24,000 nt of DNA from positions 28,095-52,094 of the forward strand of contig JAMOTW010000033.1 in NCBI GenBank assembly GCA_027062125.1. The letters are read 5' to 3'. The position numbers and the translations under genes are program-made. Positions 1-8,648 of this stretch are shown in pieces (the first letter of the stretch is position 1; each line of letters starts with the position of its first letter). The notes below the pieces were generated by a model, which saw only the letters and a program-made list of their open reading frames with translations, did no database searches and had not been told where the DNA came from. This DNA comes from Thermococcus sp. Lineage in GTDB: Archaea; Methanobacteriota_B; Thermococci; Thermococcales; Thermococcaceae.

Positions 1-2547
1 GAGGACGACGCTGAAAACACTAGAACATTTGAGTACAAGACGCCCTATATTAGACAATACGAGAACTTCGGGAGGCAATTATATGAGAAAGGAATAATCG
101 TTGGGACGCCGTATTACGTATGGTACAGAACCGATTTAAGTAATTGGCACGACTATGGACATAAATACACACCTCTGATGGGAACATATAAGTCAAACGA
201 CCCTATTGTAATTTCAAAACATATTGACTGGGCTACTGGGTATGGAATTAATCTTTTTTTAGTTTCTTGGAGTGGTTATGAGGAGGGTGATTTGAAATTT
301 TTCGATGAGAATCTTCAGTTAATGTTCAATATCAGTATCTCACAAGATATTTACATTGCAATTCTGTATGAATCAGTTGGTAGGTTAATTAGCAGACCCC
401 CGCCGGTTTACATATCTTTAGACGATGAACGTAATGTCGAGATTTTAACTAGCGATTTAAGATATCTTGCCAAGATGTATTTTTCTAAACAAAACTATTT
501 GCGAATAGAAGGTAAACCCATTGTCTATCTTTATGAGTCTAAAGGATATACCGGAAACCTTGAAAATGTAATTAGAAGGGTAAGAGAGACTATCATCAAT
601 GAATGTGGAATGGATATCTTCTTGATTTCTGATCATGCCCATCCTTTAGCAGATACGGATGACCCTGTATGGATTGATAGATTAAAACAATTTGATGGTG
701 TAACTGTCTGGTTGGGTGGGTATTTACCCGATGGAAAATATGTTGGAGGTAGCTATACTAAACAGTTAAAAATCAATTATTCTAAATGGTACAACCTAAC
801 GAGAAAACTTGGAATTCTCTTGATACCGTTTGGAACGCCAGAATTTGACAATCGGCTATCATGGGGATCCCCAAATTCAATACCTATACTTCGCGATAAA
901 AATAGTTCAAAGCAAAATTTACAGACGCTTTTGGAATATTCGAGTGAATTGCCAGATAGGCACAAAATGATCTTTTGGGGTACATTTAATGACTTCTTTG
1001 AAAGTACAACCTTAGAGCCCGCACAACAATACGAATTTTCTTCATTGGATGGACTTAGGGAAGTTCTTGAGGAGTATTTGGAGAATCTTACTTCGCCTAA
1101 ACCTCAAGTTCTGGGTTTTAACTGGACGCCTACCAAGATTGTTTGGGATAAGGTTTATGATTTGAAGGTTAGTTTCAAACTCTCTTACCCGCCTGATGAG
1201 ATTTCCAGCGTGAAGTTGATCTTCAAACCGGAGAATTACTCGTACTTTATAACCGAATACGGGATGAGACGAGAGGATTATTACAAAGTCTTCCCAAATG
1301 ATTCGAGGGTTTACGAGTTAAAGCCGGTTGATGGAACATTCGACGAGAATGAAGAGGAGTTCAAAGTCGAAGTGAAGAACATCACCGGGGGCGCCGAGTA
1401 CTGGATAATCATTCAAGTTCAAACAAAAAACGGGAGGACAGTAGAGTACAAGAGGAAAACACCATACATCAGACAGTACGAAAACTTTGGCAGGCAATTA
1501 TACGAGAAGGGGATAATCGTCGGAGCAAGTTACATGACATGGTTTGTTAAAGATAACTGGGGATGGCCAAATGATTATGACTTCAAGGGGGCTCCATTGA
1601 TTGGCGGTTACGACATAAATGATAAGCTGGTTCTGTTCAAGCAAATGGACTGGAGTACGGGTTTTGGCATAAACGTATGGTTTTTAGATTGGTCCAGAAA
1701 GAGTGATAATTTTCACACAGACTCCAACATCCGAAAAATATTTCAAATTTCCCATGAGTTTAGTGGTTCGCCAAAGCTCGCCATATTGTGGGATCCAACT
1801 TTTGAAAATATGAAAAAGACAAAGTGTGGCATATGGACTTGTTATGATGTAAACGATAACTCCACGAGAGAATATATTATAGTCACCTTTATGTATCTAG
1901 GCCATACATTTATGGGGGATAGCAACTACTTCAGATTAAACGGCGATCCTGTCATTCACATCTACTCTTCAGCTTCTCTTCGCGGGGATATTGAGAGTCT
2001 ATTCCGGGAAATTAAACGCAAAATGACATCTAAATACGGTTTCAAGCCATCTATTATAGGCCACGAGATAGCATGGATATTTCAATACCCTCCAGATTGG
2101 TTCTCAGTTACTGGAAATGACGCTAAGAGACTTCATGCTTTTGATGGATTCAGTGATTGGGCTGGATCATGCGGAGATAGGAGCCATGAAGAGTACATCA
2201 AGAACTATGAAGAGAATGTGAAAAAATTGTATTCTGAATGGAGTAGTTTTCTAGAAAAAGAGGATGTACTTTTTGTCCCTAGCGTCGTTCCAGGATTCGA
2301 TGAAATATGGATCTATGCAACTACTGACTGGCCACCTATCCCAAGATCACCAGAACTGTTTGAAGAAAGACTGAGAATATCCTTGAATAGCATAAGAAAT
2401 CAAAAGTTTAAAATGATTAGAATTGACACTTGGAATGAGTGGGGTGAATGGACTCAAATAGAACCTACCCATGAGGAAGGTTTCGCTTACCTTAAGGTTC
2501 TCAAGCAAGGTCTAAAGGAGTACATGGAAAAACAAGAAAAAGACTGA
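1..2547 (+). CDS. 5'-truncated (window edge) multi-module glycoside-hydrolase-like protein: two GH99 (endo-alpha-mannosidase)/WbsX-like domains separated by a ~110-aa beta-sandwich-like spacer
   Basis: Frame 1 is open from nt 1, with no stop before the track ATG at 178. The upstream residues (..TPYIRQYENFGRQLYEKGIIVGTPYYVWY..) continue the domain, so the true start lies outside the window. PLMGTYKSNDPIVISKHIDWATGYGINLFLVSWSG and PLIGGYDINDKLVLFKQMDWSTGFGINVWFLDWS fit the N-terminal pattern I recall for GH99/WbsX-like proteins. The C-terminal TWNEWGEWTQIEP resembles the GH99 NEWHEGTQIE block. Family assignment is from memory, not from a search. Confidence 0.75.
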   Translation, partial: EDDAENTRTFEYKTPYIRQYENFGRQLYEKGIIVGTPYYVWYRTDLSNWHDYGHKYTPLMGTYKSNDPIVISKHIDWATGYGINLFLVSWSGYEEGDLKFFDENLQLMFNISISQDIYIAILYESVGRLISRPPPVYISLDDERNVEILTSDLRYLAKMYFSKQNYLRIEGKPIVYLYESKGYTGNLENVIRRVRETIINECGMDIFLISDHAHPLADTDDPVWIDRLKQFDGVTVWLGGYLPDGKYVGGSYTKQLKINYSKWYNLTRKLGILLIPFGTPEFDNRLSWGSPNSIPILRDKNSSKQNLQTLLEYSSELPDRHKMIFWGTFNDFFESTTLEPAQQYEFSSLDGLREVLEEYLENLTSPKPQVLGFNWTPTKIVWDKVYDLKVSFKLSYPPDEISSVKLIFKPENYSYFITEYGMRREDYYKVFPNDSRVYELKPVDGTFDENEEEFKVEVKNITGGAEYWIIIQVQTKNGRTVEYKRKTPYIRQYENFGRQLYEKGIIVGASYMTWFVKDNWGWPNDYDFKGAPLIGGYDINDKLVLFKQMDWSTGFGINVWFLDWSRKSDNFHTDSNIRKIFQISHEFSGSPKLAILWDPTFENMKKTKCGIWTCYDVNDNSTREYIIVTFMYLGHTFMGDSNYFRLNGDPVIHIYSSASLRGDIESLFREIKRKMTSKYGFKPSIIGHEIAWIFQYPPDWFSVTGNDAKRLHAFDGFSDWAGSCGDRSHEEYIKNYEENVKKLYSEWSSFLEKEDVLFVPSVVPGFDEIWIYATTDWPPIPRSPELFEERLRISLNSIRNQKFKMIRIDTWNEWGEWTQIEPTHEEGFAYLKVLKQGLKEYMEKQEKD
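40..105 (+). repeat. Copy 1 of the intragenic module-junction repeat (encodes TPYIRQYENFGRQLYEKGIIVG)
   Basis: The same 22 aa are encoded at 1459-1524. A codon-by-codon comparison shows 13 synonymous and 0 non-synonymous differences. Confidence 0.9.
1459..1524 (+). repeat. Copy 2 of the intragenic module-junction repeat (encodes TPYIRQYENFGRQLYEKGIIVG)
   Basis: Direct repeat of 40-105 with a period of about 1.42 kb. The flanking catalytic-type domains are far more diverged. Confidence 0.9.
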
Positions 2548-2554
2548 CGCCCCT

Positions 2555-2842
2555 TTATTCCTGGGTAAGAGTCCTCACGAGTTCATCAAGGGCCTTGTAA
2601 ACGTCGCTTGTGCCATAGAGCTTCTCCATAGTTTTCATGATCCGATAGCGGGCATCGACGTTGTATGGACTGATCTCCTTCTGAACCCCTTCAGAACCCA
2701 CCAGGACTTCGCTCACGAGACCGAGCCACTCACTGTACACGGACATAAGCTCCTCGAGGAGCATTATCTTCGAGGCCAACCCCATCTCCTTAAGCGCCTC
2801 TCCAATGGGCTTATCCCCCGTCCTCTCAAGGACAATTGGCAT
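2555..2842 (-). CDS. Small hypothetical protein (95 aa, predicted helical)
   Basis: The track ORF 2555..3133 overlaps rplP1 in another frame, so I trimmed it to the ATG at 2842 (a GTG at 2851 is also possible). Codon usage matches the GC-rich host genes. A TATA-like CTTAAATA lies about 25-30 nt upstream (plus 2873-2884), which suggests a leaderless mRNA. I recognise no family. Confidence 0.55.
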   Translation of the reverse strand: MPIVLERTGDKPIGEALKEMGLASKIMLLEELMSVYSEWLGLVSEVLVGSEGVQKEISPYNVDARYRIMKTMEKLYGTSDVYKALDELVRTLTQE

Positions 2843-2902
2843 GAAAACCACCAGAGAATCTACGAAACCATCGTATTTAAGGGCCTCGAAGAAGTTCGAA
2901 AT

Positions 2903-2922
2903 GAAAACCGAAGTAAAAGAGA
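2903..2922 (-). terminator. Oligo-T terminator candidate after rplP1
   Basis: The minus strand reads CCTTCTCTTTTACTTCGGTTTTCAT immediately after the rplP1 stop. Archaeal RNAP terminates at T-runs. Confidence 0.45.
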
Positions 2923-2936
2923 AGGGAGGAAGGAGT

Positions 2937-3257
2937 TCAACCGAAGAGGGCGCCGAGTCCAGCGAGGGCCTCCTCCTCGCTGGCCTCCTCTTCCTCTTCC
3001 TCCTCTTCCTCAGCGGCGGCCTCAGCGGCGCCACCCTCAGCGGCCGGAGCGGCGGCAACGGCAACCGGGGCGGCAACCGGCATGGCGGCCTTCTCGATGA
3101 CCTCGTCGATGTTAACGCCCTCAAGGGCGGCAACGAGGGCCTTTATCCTGGCCTCGTCCGGGCTAACACCAGCGGCCTCAAGCACAGCCTTGAGGTTCTC
3201 CTCGGTTATCTCCTTACCAGCGGCGTGGAGCAGCAGAGCGGCATACACGTACTCCAT
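2937..3257 (-). CDS. rpl12: 50S ribosomal stalk protein P1 (L12)
   Basis: [30 protein letters not shown]... followed by an Ala/Glu-rich tail ending [19 protein letters not shown] lies 7 nt upstream of the ATG at 3257. The track start at 3272 was rejected. Confidence 0.95.
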   Translation of the reverse strand: MEYVYAALLLHAAGKEITEENLKAVLEAAGVSPDEARIKALVAALEGVNIDEVIEKAAMPVAAPVAVAAAPAAEGGAAEAAAEEEEEEEEEASEEEALAGLGALFG

Positions 3258-3334
3258 TTTTCGCACCTCCAATCATCTTCATTTTTCATTCATTTCACAC
3301 GGATTTGTTCAGGGATACGAGGGAAATGGAAAGT

Positions 3335-4357
3335 TCAGCCGAAGAGCGCGCCCAGTCCTGCGAGCGCGTCCTCCTCGGATGCCTCCTCCTCTTCCTCTTC
3401 TTCCTCAGCCTCCTCAACCTTCTCTTCAGCCGGCTGAGGGGCGACTGCAACTGCCATTTGTGCCTGTTGGTTTAAAAGCTCTTTGGTCTTCTCGTCAAGC
3501 AGGTCCTCAGGCAACTCCTGGGCTATGAGCAGGACTGCGCGAAGGGCCCTGCCAAAGATGTCCTCGACGGTCTCCGGGGTGACGTAGCCAGCCTCGACAG
3601 CGACGTTCTTCGCGCCGAGGAAGGCCTTCTGGATGATGGCCTCGATGGTCTGGCTGGTTGGGTAGGCGGTGTTGACCGACAGGTTGAACGCGTGCATGTA
3701 GGCCTGCTGGAGCATGTTGATGTACTCGTTCTCGTCGATGGCAAGGACGTCCGGGGTGTAAACTATGCCGTCCTCGTAGGCCGCGAGGAGGTTGAGACCG
3801 ACCTCGAGCGGCTCGATGCCGAGGGCGTTGAGTATCCTGGCGAGCTGGTCGGTTATGACCTCGCCGGCCTTGAGGACGGTGTAGTCTTTCTGTATGCTGA
3901 CCTTGCCCTTCTCGATCCTCGCCGGGATTCCAAGGGCCTGCATCTCACCGACGAGCGGACCCGGAGCGAGTGGGGTCGGTCCGGCCGGGATGACGACGTC
4001 GTGCGGGACGACGGCGCCTGGCTTAGCTGGAGCCGGGGTCTTGCTCTCCTCAAGGAGCTTGTAAAGCTTGAACGGGTTCATCTCGGTGGCGAGGATTCCG
4101 GCTCCGCCCTGGATGTGGTCGATGAGCTTCTCGAGCTCCGGGTTGTTGAGCTCCTGAGCGGCCCTCTTTATGGCGAGCTCGATGAGGGTGTTCCTGCTCA
4201 CGCGGAGGAGTGCCTTACCGCGGAGCTTCTCACGCATCTTGCTGAGCGGGTAGGCTGGGACGCCGGCCACATCGACGAGCGCTATCACTGGGTAGCTCTT
4301 GATGATCTTGGTGAGCTCTTCAACTTCCTTCTTCTTCCACTCGGCTACGTGGGCCAT
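3335..4357 (-). CDS. rplP0: 50S ribosomal stalk protein P0 (L10)
   Basis: [15 protein letters not shown]... with the same acidic C-terminal peptide ([13 protein letters not shown]). It follows rpl1 in the conserved L1-L10-L12 order. I chose the ATG at 4357 over the GTG at 4366; the GTG overlaps the rpl1 stop codon. Confidence 0.95.
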   Translation of the reverse strand: MAHVAEWKKKEVEELTKIIKSYPVIALVDVAGVPAYPLSKMREKLRGKALLRVSRNTLIELAIKRAAQELNNPELEKLIDHIQGGAGILATEMNPFKLYKLLEESKTPAPAKPGAVVPHDVVIPAGPTPLAPGPLVGEMQALGIPARIEKGKVSIQKDYTVLKAGEVITDQLARILNALGIEPLEVGLNLLAAYEDGIVYTPDVLAIDENEYINMLQQAYMHAFNLSVNTAYPTSQTIEAIIQKAFLGAKNVAVEAGYVTPETVEDIFGRALRAVLLIAQELPEDLLDEKTKELLNQQAQMAVAVAPQPAEEKVEEAEEEEEEEEASEEDALAGLGALFG

Positions 4358-4362
4358 CTCCC

Positions 4363-5013
4363 TCACCTCTCCACCTTAACGGCCGGTCCCATGGTGGTCT
4401 TGACGTACACTGACTTCACTTGGTTCTCGCCGCGCTCAAGCTTGTTGAGTATCGCGTTGAGAACCGCCTCGGCGTTCTCGGCGAGCTTCTCGTCCTCCAT
4501 GTTCTCGGTGCCTATCGGAGCGTGGACAACCGGGTTGTTCTTGAGCTGTATCCTCACTGTCCTCTTGAGCCTGGCGACTATCGGTTCGAGGTTGGTCATG
4601 GTCGGTGGAACGACCTGCGGCATCTTGTTCCTCGGACCGAGGTACCTACCGAGGTACCTACCGATCTTTGGCATCAGCGGAGCCGCGGCAATGAAGAAGT
4701 CGTAGTTCTTCGCGAGCTTCCTGGCTTCCCTTGGGTTCTTTGCGAGCTCCTCAAGCTGCTCTCCACTAATCACATCAAGCCCGAGCTTTTTAGCCGCCTC
4801 GGCAACGGCACCATCAGCGATGACCGCGATTTTGGGCTCCTTCCCACGACCGTGGGGCAGCACAACCTCAAGCTTGAACCTGTTCTCAGGCTTCTTCAGG
4901 TCGATATCCTTGAGGTTGACTGCCATCTCGACGGTCTGTGTGAAGTTGCGCGGCTTAGCCCGGGCCTTCGCCTCCTTCACCGCTTCCACGATTTTCTGCC
5001 TGTCAAAGGCCAT
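4363..5013 (-). CDS. rpl1: 50S ribosomal protein L1
   Basis: [46 protein letters not shown]... is typical archaeal L1. AGGAGGG lies upstream of the ATG. Confidence 0.95.
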   Translation of the reverse strand: MAFDRQKIVEAVKEAKARAKPRNFTQTVEMAVNLKDIDLKKPENRFKLEVVLPHGRGKEPKIAVIADGAVAEAAKKLGLDVISGEQLEELAKNPREARKLAKNYDFFIAAAPLMPKIGRYLGRYLGPRNKMPQVVPPTMTNLEPIVARLKRTVRIQLKNNPVVHAPIGTENMEDEKLAENAEAVLNAILNKLERGENQVKSVYVKTTMGPAVKVER

Positions 5014-5076
5014 TTACAGCCCTCCTTTCGGTTTTGATTTAAGCCCGAAAAAGTCAAAGATGCGTAAAAAGAGGGA

Positions 5077-5090
5077 TTTTTAAACTTTTC
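5077..5090 (-). promoter_or_regulatory. BRE/TATA promoter of the rpl1-rplP0-rplP1 operon
   Basis: The minus strand reads GAAAAGTTTAAAAATCC directly after the rpl11 stop, about 64 nt upstream of the rpl1 ATG. Confidence 0.6.
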
Positions 5091-5092
5091 CC

Positions 5093-5584
5093 TCACTCCT
5101 CGGCGTTGGCGAAAATCTCGTCGTAAACGCCTTCGTCAATCTCCTTCTGGACTTCCCTGGGGTCCTTGCCCTCAACGGTGACGCCCATGCTGAGGGCGGT
5201 GCCTATGACCTCCTTGGCCGCGGCCTTAAGGTCCGCTGCGAGCATCTGCTCCTGCTTGGCCTTCGCTATCCTGATGACCTGCTCCATGGTCAGGTTCCCG
5301 ACCGGGCTGTGGCCGGGCTCGCTTGAGCCCTTCGGCGCACCTATCTCCTTCTTGATGAGCTGGCTGACCGGCGGGACACCGACCTCGATCTCGAAGGTCT
5401 TCTTCTTGGGGTCGGTAACGATGATCTTGACGGGAACCTGCATTCCCTCGAAGTCCTTGGTGGCCTTGTTGATCTCGTCAACGACCTGCTTGACGTTGAG
5501 TCCGAGAGGACCGATAGCGGGACCGAGCGGCGGTCCGGGTGAAGCCTTTCCTCCCTCAACGAGCACCTCAACAACCTGTGCCAT
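5093..5584 (-). CDS. rpl11: 50S ribosomal protein L11
   Basis: [35 protein letters not shown]... GAGGTGA lies 5 nt upstream of the ATG at 5584. The track start at 5614 overlaps spt5. Confidence 0.95.
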   Translation of the reverse strand: MAQVVEVLVEGGKASPGPPLGPAIGPLGLNVKQVVDEINKATKDFEGMQVPVKIIVTDPKKKTFEIEVGVPPVSQLIKKEIGAPKGSSEPGHSPVGNLTMEQVIRIAKAKQEQMLAADLKAAAKEVIGTALSMGVTVEGKDPREVQKEIDEGVYDEIFANAEE

Positions 5585-5610
5585 TTTTCTCACCTCTGTC
5601 TGTTGACCGT

Positions 5611-6069
5611 TCACTCCTTCTGGCGTTTGCTTATAAGTCTAACGTATTCGCCCCTCACCGTGACCGGAATCGGGACGATTGAGCCTATGAGCTCGACGAC
5701 TATCTCATCCTTGGCTTCGTCGACCCTGACGACCTTCGCCTTCTCGCCCTTGAACGGGCCGGCGATGAGCTCGACGATGTCACCGGGCTCGAAGCCGCTC
5801 ACAGCGGGCTTCTCCTCGAGGAAGTGCTCGATCTCCTCGAACTTGACCTCCCCGGGGAGGGTGCCCTTGGCGTGGCGTATGCCCTTTATGGCCTCGTCGA
5901 CGGCGCTCTTGCTCGGCGCCTCGACGAAGATGTAGCCCTTGACCTTTGAGGGCGCCAGTATGGCATAAACTGGAAGGTTGTACGTCTTAATCTTGCTGTA
6001 TATTAGCTTGGCGGTGGTCTCTTCCTGACCCACCGTGACGCGCACTGTGAATATCTTGCCGTCGCTCAT
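5611..6069 (-). CDS. spt5: Transcription elongation factor Spt5 (archaeal NusG)
   Basis: An NGN domain plus the KOW motif [22 protein letters not shown]. It sits in the conserved secE-nusG-rpl11 position. Confidence 0.93.
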   Translation of the reverse strand: MSDGKIFTVRVTVGQEETTAKLIYSKIKTYNLPVYAILAPSKVKGYIFVEAPSKSAVDEAIKGIRHAKGTLPGEVKFEEIEHFLEEKPAVSGFEPGDIVELIAGPFKGEKAKVVRVDEAKDEIVVELIGSIVPIPVTVRGEYVRLISKRQKE

Positions 6070-6092
6070 CTTATATCACCCGGGTTGCTGGC

Positions 6093-6278
6093 TTATGAGC
6101 CGGTGATCAGGTAGCCAAACAGGCGGATTATGAGGCCTATAGAGCCGATGAGTATCATTCCGATGCCGGTAATCTTGGCGGCCATCTTAAACTCCTTTGA
6201 ACCCGGCTTCTTCGTGACCATTAAAACCCTCCGCGACTCCGCGAAGAAATTTTTAAGCTTTTCCGTGTTGGTTGCCAC
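6093..6278 (-). CDS. secE: Preprotein translocase subunit SecE
   Basis: (M)ATNTEKLKNFFAESRRVLMVTKKPGSKEFKMAAKITGIGMILIGSIGLIIRLFGYLI is a single-TM SecE. I chose the GTG at 6278 because GAGGTGA lies 5 nt upstream; the longer track start has no RBS. Confidence 0.85.
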   Translation of the reverse strand: MATNTEKLKNFFAESRRVLMVTKKPGSKEFKMAAKITGIGMILIGSIGLIIRLFGYLITGS

Positions 6279-6316
6279 CGTCGTCACCTCGCTAAATTTT
6301 GAAAATGAAAGGTTTG

Positions 6317-7438
6317 TCAAAGCTCCTCGAGGTCGAGTTTAATAACTTTTCTCTCCTGCTCCTCACCGTAGTAGCTCGGCTCCTCCTCAGCCACCGCGTA
6401 GGGTGAGCTGACCCCGGTGACGACTATGAGTATCCTGATCATCTTGCCGAGCTCCTCGTCGAGCTGGATTCCCCAGATGACCTGCGCCTCCGGGTCGAGC
6501 TTGCTCGTGACGAGCTCGATGATCTGCTGGGCCTCCTCGAGCTTGACGTCGCTTCCGCTGATGCTTATCAAAGCTCCCTTGGCACCGCTGATGTCAACGT
6601 CGAGGAGCGGGCTGTTGAGGGCCTGCTGGGCGGCCTCCAAAGCCCTCTTTTCGCTGTCGCTCTCGCCGATACCGATCATGGCGACGCCGCCGTCCTTCAT
6701 GACGGCCCTAACGTCGTTGAAGTCAAGGTTGACGAGACCGGGCTTGGTAATGAGCTCGGTGATGCCCTTGACGGCCTGGACGAGTATCTCGTCGGCGACC
6801 TTGAAGGCCATGTGTATCGGCAGGTTCGGAGCCACTTCCATGAGCTTGTCGTTCGGGATGACTATGACGGTGTCGCTGGCCTTCCTGAGCCTCTCGAGGC
6901 CGTATTCGGCGTTCTTTATCCTTCTTATGCCCTCGACAGTGAACGGGAGGGTGACCACTGAGACCGTGAGGGCCCCCATCTTCTTGGCCATTTCGGCAAC
7001 GACCGGAGCGGCACCGGTTCCGGTTCCGCCTCCGAGACCGCAGGTGATGAAGACCATGTCGGCTCCTTCGAGGGCCTCCCTTATGTCCCTCTCGCTCTCC
7101 TTGGCTGCCTCCTCACCCATCTTGGGGTTGTTTCCTGCTCCGAGGCCACGGGTGAGCTCCTTACCGATGAGTATCTTCTTGTGAGCGCGAACCTTGAGGA
7201 GGTCCTGGGCATCAGTGTTGACGGCGATGACCTTCGCTCCCTGGATGCCGACCTGCATCATCCTGTTAATGGTGTTACAGCCGGCACCGCCGACACCAAC
7301 GACATATATCTTGGCCTGAATCTGCTCAAGAATCCTCTTGAGCTCCTCATCGATGTCAGTCTGGGGGGCCTGGGCCTCCGGAACCTTGTTAGGGCCGACG
7401 GAGGTTCTTTCAATGGCGTCTTCAATCAGCTTCAGCAT
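6317..7438 (-). CDS. ftsZ: Cell division GTPase FtsZ
   Basis: The tubulin signature [19 protein letters not shown], plus NTDAQDL and VIPNDKL. GGAGGGTGA lies upstream of the ATG at 7438. Confidence 0.95.
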   Translation of the reverse strand: MLKLIEDAIERTSVGPNKVPEAQAPQTDIDEELKRILEQIQAKIYVVGVGGAGCNTINRMMQVGIQGAKVIAVNTDAQDLLKVRAHKKILIGKELTRGLGAGNNPKMGEEAAKESERDIREALEGADMVFITCGLGGGTGTGAAPVVAEMAKKMGALTVSVVTLPFTVEGIRRIKNAEYGLERLRKASDTVIVIPNDKLMEVAPNLPIHMAFKVADEILVQAVKGITELITKPGLVNLDFNDVRAVMKDGGVAMIGIGESDSEKRALEAAQQALNSPLLDVDISGAKGALISISGSDVKLEEAQQIIELVTSKLDPEAQVIWGIQLDEELGKMIRILIVVTGVSSPYAVAEEEPSYYGEEQERKVIKLDLEEL

Positions 7439-7489
7439 CTTTTCACCCTCCGGGCAATTTAACATCTGTTCCACTTTGTATGCATGTAG

Positions 7490-7503
7490 TATATAAATTT
7501 AGC
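7490..7503 (-). promoter_or_regulatory. BRE/TATA promoter of ftsZ
   Basis: The minus strand reads GCTAAATTTATATAC, about 52 nt upstream of the ftsZ ATG. Confidence 0.65.
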
Positions 7504-7559
7504 TAAGGGCGGGTGCTGATTTTAAAATCCCGCTCAACATCTTTAAAGATTTCGCCCGT

Positions 7560-8378
7560 TCAGTCTCTTATAAACTCCAAGCCCAGCTCTTCAGCCAGGG
7601 CTCTGGCCATCTGCCGCGTCTCCCCCTTACTGCCCTTCCAGTCGACGTAAATGGCATCGACCTTGCCCCACGTCCTCTCCATTGCCTTCAGGATGAGCTC
7701 CCTGTCAAGTGGGTGGGTGTACTTCGGGGCTATGTGGCTGAAGGCGAGATTCGTCTCAAGGGCCCTCTTGGTCTGCTTCGGCGCGTAGTGGCCTCCTCCG
7801 ATTCCAATCGCAACCGGGAACTCGGCCTTCTCGTAGTTTTCAAGGACGTGAACTATGGTTTCCACTATTATCTCCCCCGCCCTGTCGTTGACCCACTCCT
7901 CCTCACTTGATCCTATCTCTATGAAGAGGCTCGGAACCTCGAGCTCGCTCGGCCCGTGGTGGGTCGCCTCGTAGCAGACTGTCCAGCCGAGATCGTTCAG
8001 CTCGTTCATCTTCATGAGGGCAAGCTTCATGGCGGCTGGATGAGCAATTGCCAGGCTCCTATCCTTTCCGCCGTACATCGCCTTTCCCCAGTTGCCGGTT
8101 ACGTGGGTGGTTAAAGCTGGGAGCTTCTGCTTGCTCGAGTGCCTTGAAGCGAAGACTATTATCTCCGGCCTCTCCCCGAGCTGCCTCTCTATCTCAGCGT
8201 CGAGGTTGTCGTAATAGATCATCTCATCGTTGGTGGTCAGAATCAGGGCCTCCCCTCTGGAGTAGACGGGATTACCGTCAAAGACATCATCGAGTTCCTT
8301 GAACCCAAAATTCTCCACCAGTTTCTCCCTTATGTTCATCGAGGCGAGGTCAATTTTCGTCGTCATGATAACCTTCAT
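7560..8378 (-). CDS. dtdA: D-aminoacyl-tRNA deacylase, archaeal type (DtdA/DTD2)
   Basis: [20 protein letters not shown]...[22 protein letters not shown]...YEATHHGPS...GGGHYAPK matches the archaeal DtdA family as I recall it, at about 272 aa. AGGTGA lies upstream of the ATG at 8378. Confidence 0.8.
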   Translation of the reverse strand: MKVIMTTKIDLASMNIREKLVENFGFKELDDVFDGNPVYSRGEALILTTNDEMIYYDNLDAEIERQLGERPEIIVFASRHSSKQKLPALTTHVTGNWGKAMYGGKDRSLAIAHPAAMKLALMKMNELNDLGWTVCYEATHHGPSELEVPSLFIEIGSSEEEWVNDRAGEIIVETIVHVLENYEKAEFPVAIGIGGGHYAPKQTKRALETNLAFSHIAPKYTHPLDRELILKAMERTWGKVDAIYVDWKGSKGETRQMARALAEELGLEFIRD

Positions 8379-8631
8379 TTCTCTCACCTGAGAGGAGGAC
8401 TCAAACCCTGCATTATAACGCTTTTGCCGGCCCCAGAGAAAGCCCCCGCCCAAAGATCATGCTTCTTGTCAAACATAAAGTGAACTTTTGGGTTTGTAAA
8501 CCAAGCCTCTCCCATTGGACATAAGTTAAGCTGAATTTTAGCAATTTTTCAAGATTTTCGGTAGAAAATGTGCAAATTTTTCACGTTTTTGGTACTAAAA
8601 CTTGAATTTTGTCATGTTTTATGGGCGAGTA

Positions 8632-8648
8632 AAAGTAAAGTATATATA
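8632..8648 (+). promoter_or_regulatory. BRE/TATA promoter candidate for the KamA-like gene
   Basis: AAAGTAAAGTATATATAC. It implies a leader of about 80 nt before the ATG at 8756. Confidence 0.55.

Noticed and set aside
1-177. Treating 178 as the true start of the first CDS
   Set aside because: The frame is open to nt 1, and the upstream residues complete both the repeated junction peptide and the N-terminal YYxWY part of the hydrolase-like domain. The gene is therefore truncated by the window rather than starting at the ATG at 178.
2937-3410. Nucleotide-level repeat between the 3' ends of rplP1 (2937-~3010) and rplP0 (3335-~3410)
   Set aside because: The repeat is real, but it is explained by the universally conserved acidic C-terminal stalk peptide (E-rich ... 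LAGLGALFG) shared by P0 and P1. It is not an independent element.
3692-4705. Long antisense ORFs opposite well-recognised genes (3692..4705 +, 4420..5037 +, 5166..5606 +, 6417..7184 +, 9191..10018 -, 10136..10756 -, 10781..11947 -, 13928..14368 -, 14787..15221 +, 20365..20991 +, 22221..22724 -, and others)
   Set aside because: Each lies fully within a gene on the other strand whose product has clear family motifs. Their products are low-complexity (Arg/Ser/Pro/Leu-rich), as expected for stop-poor antisense frames in GC-rich coding DNA. None has an RBS or promoter.
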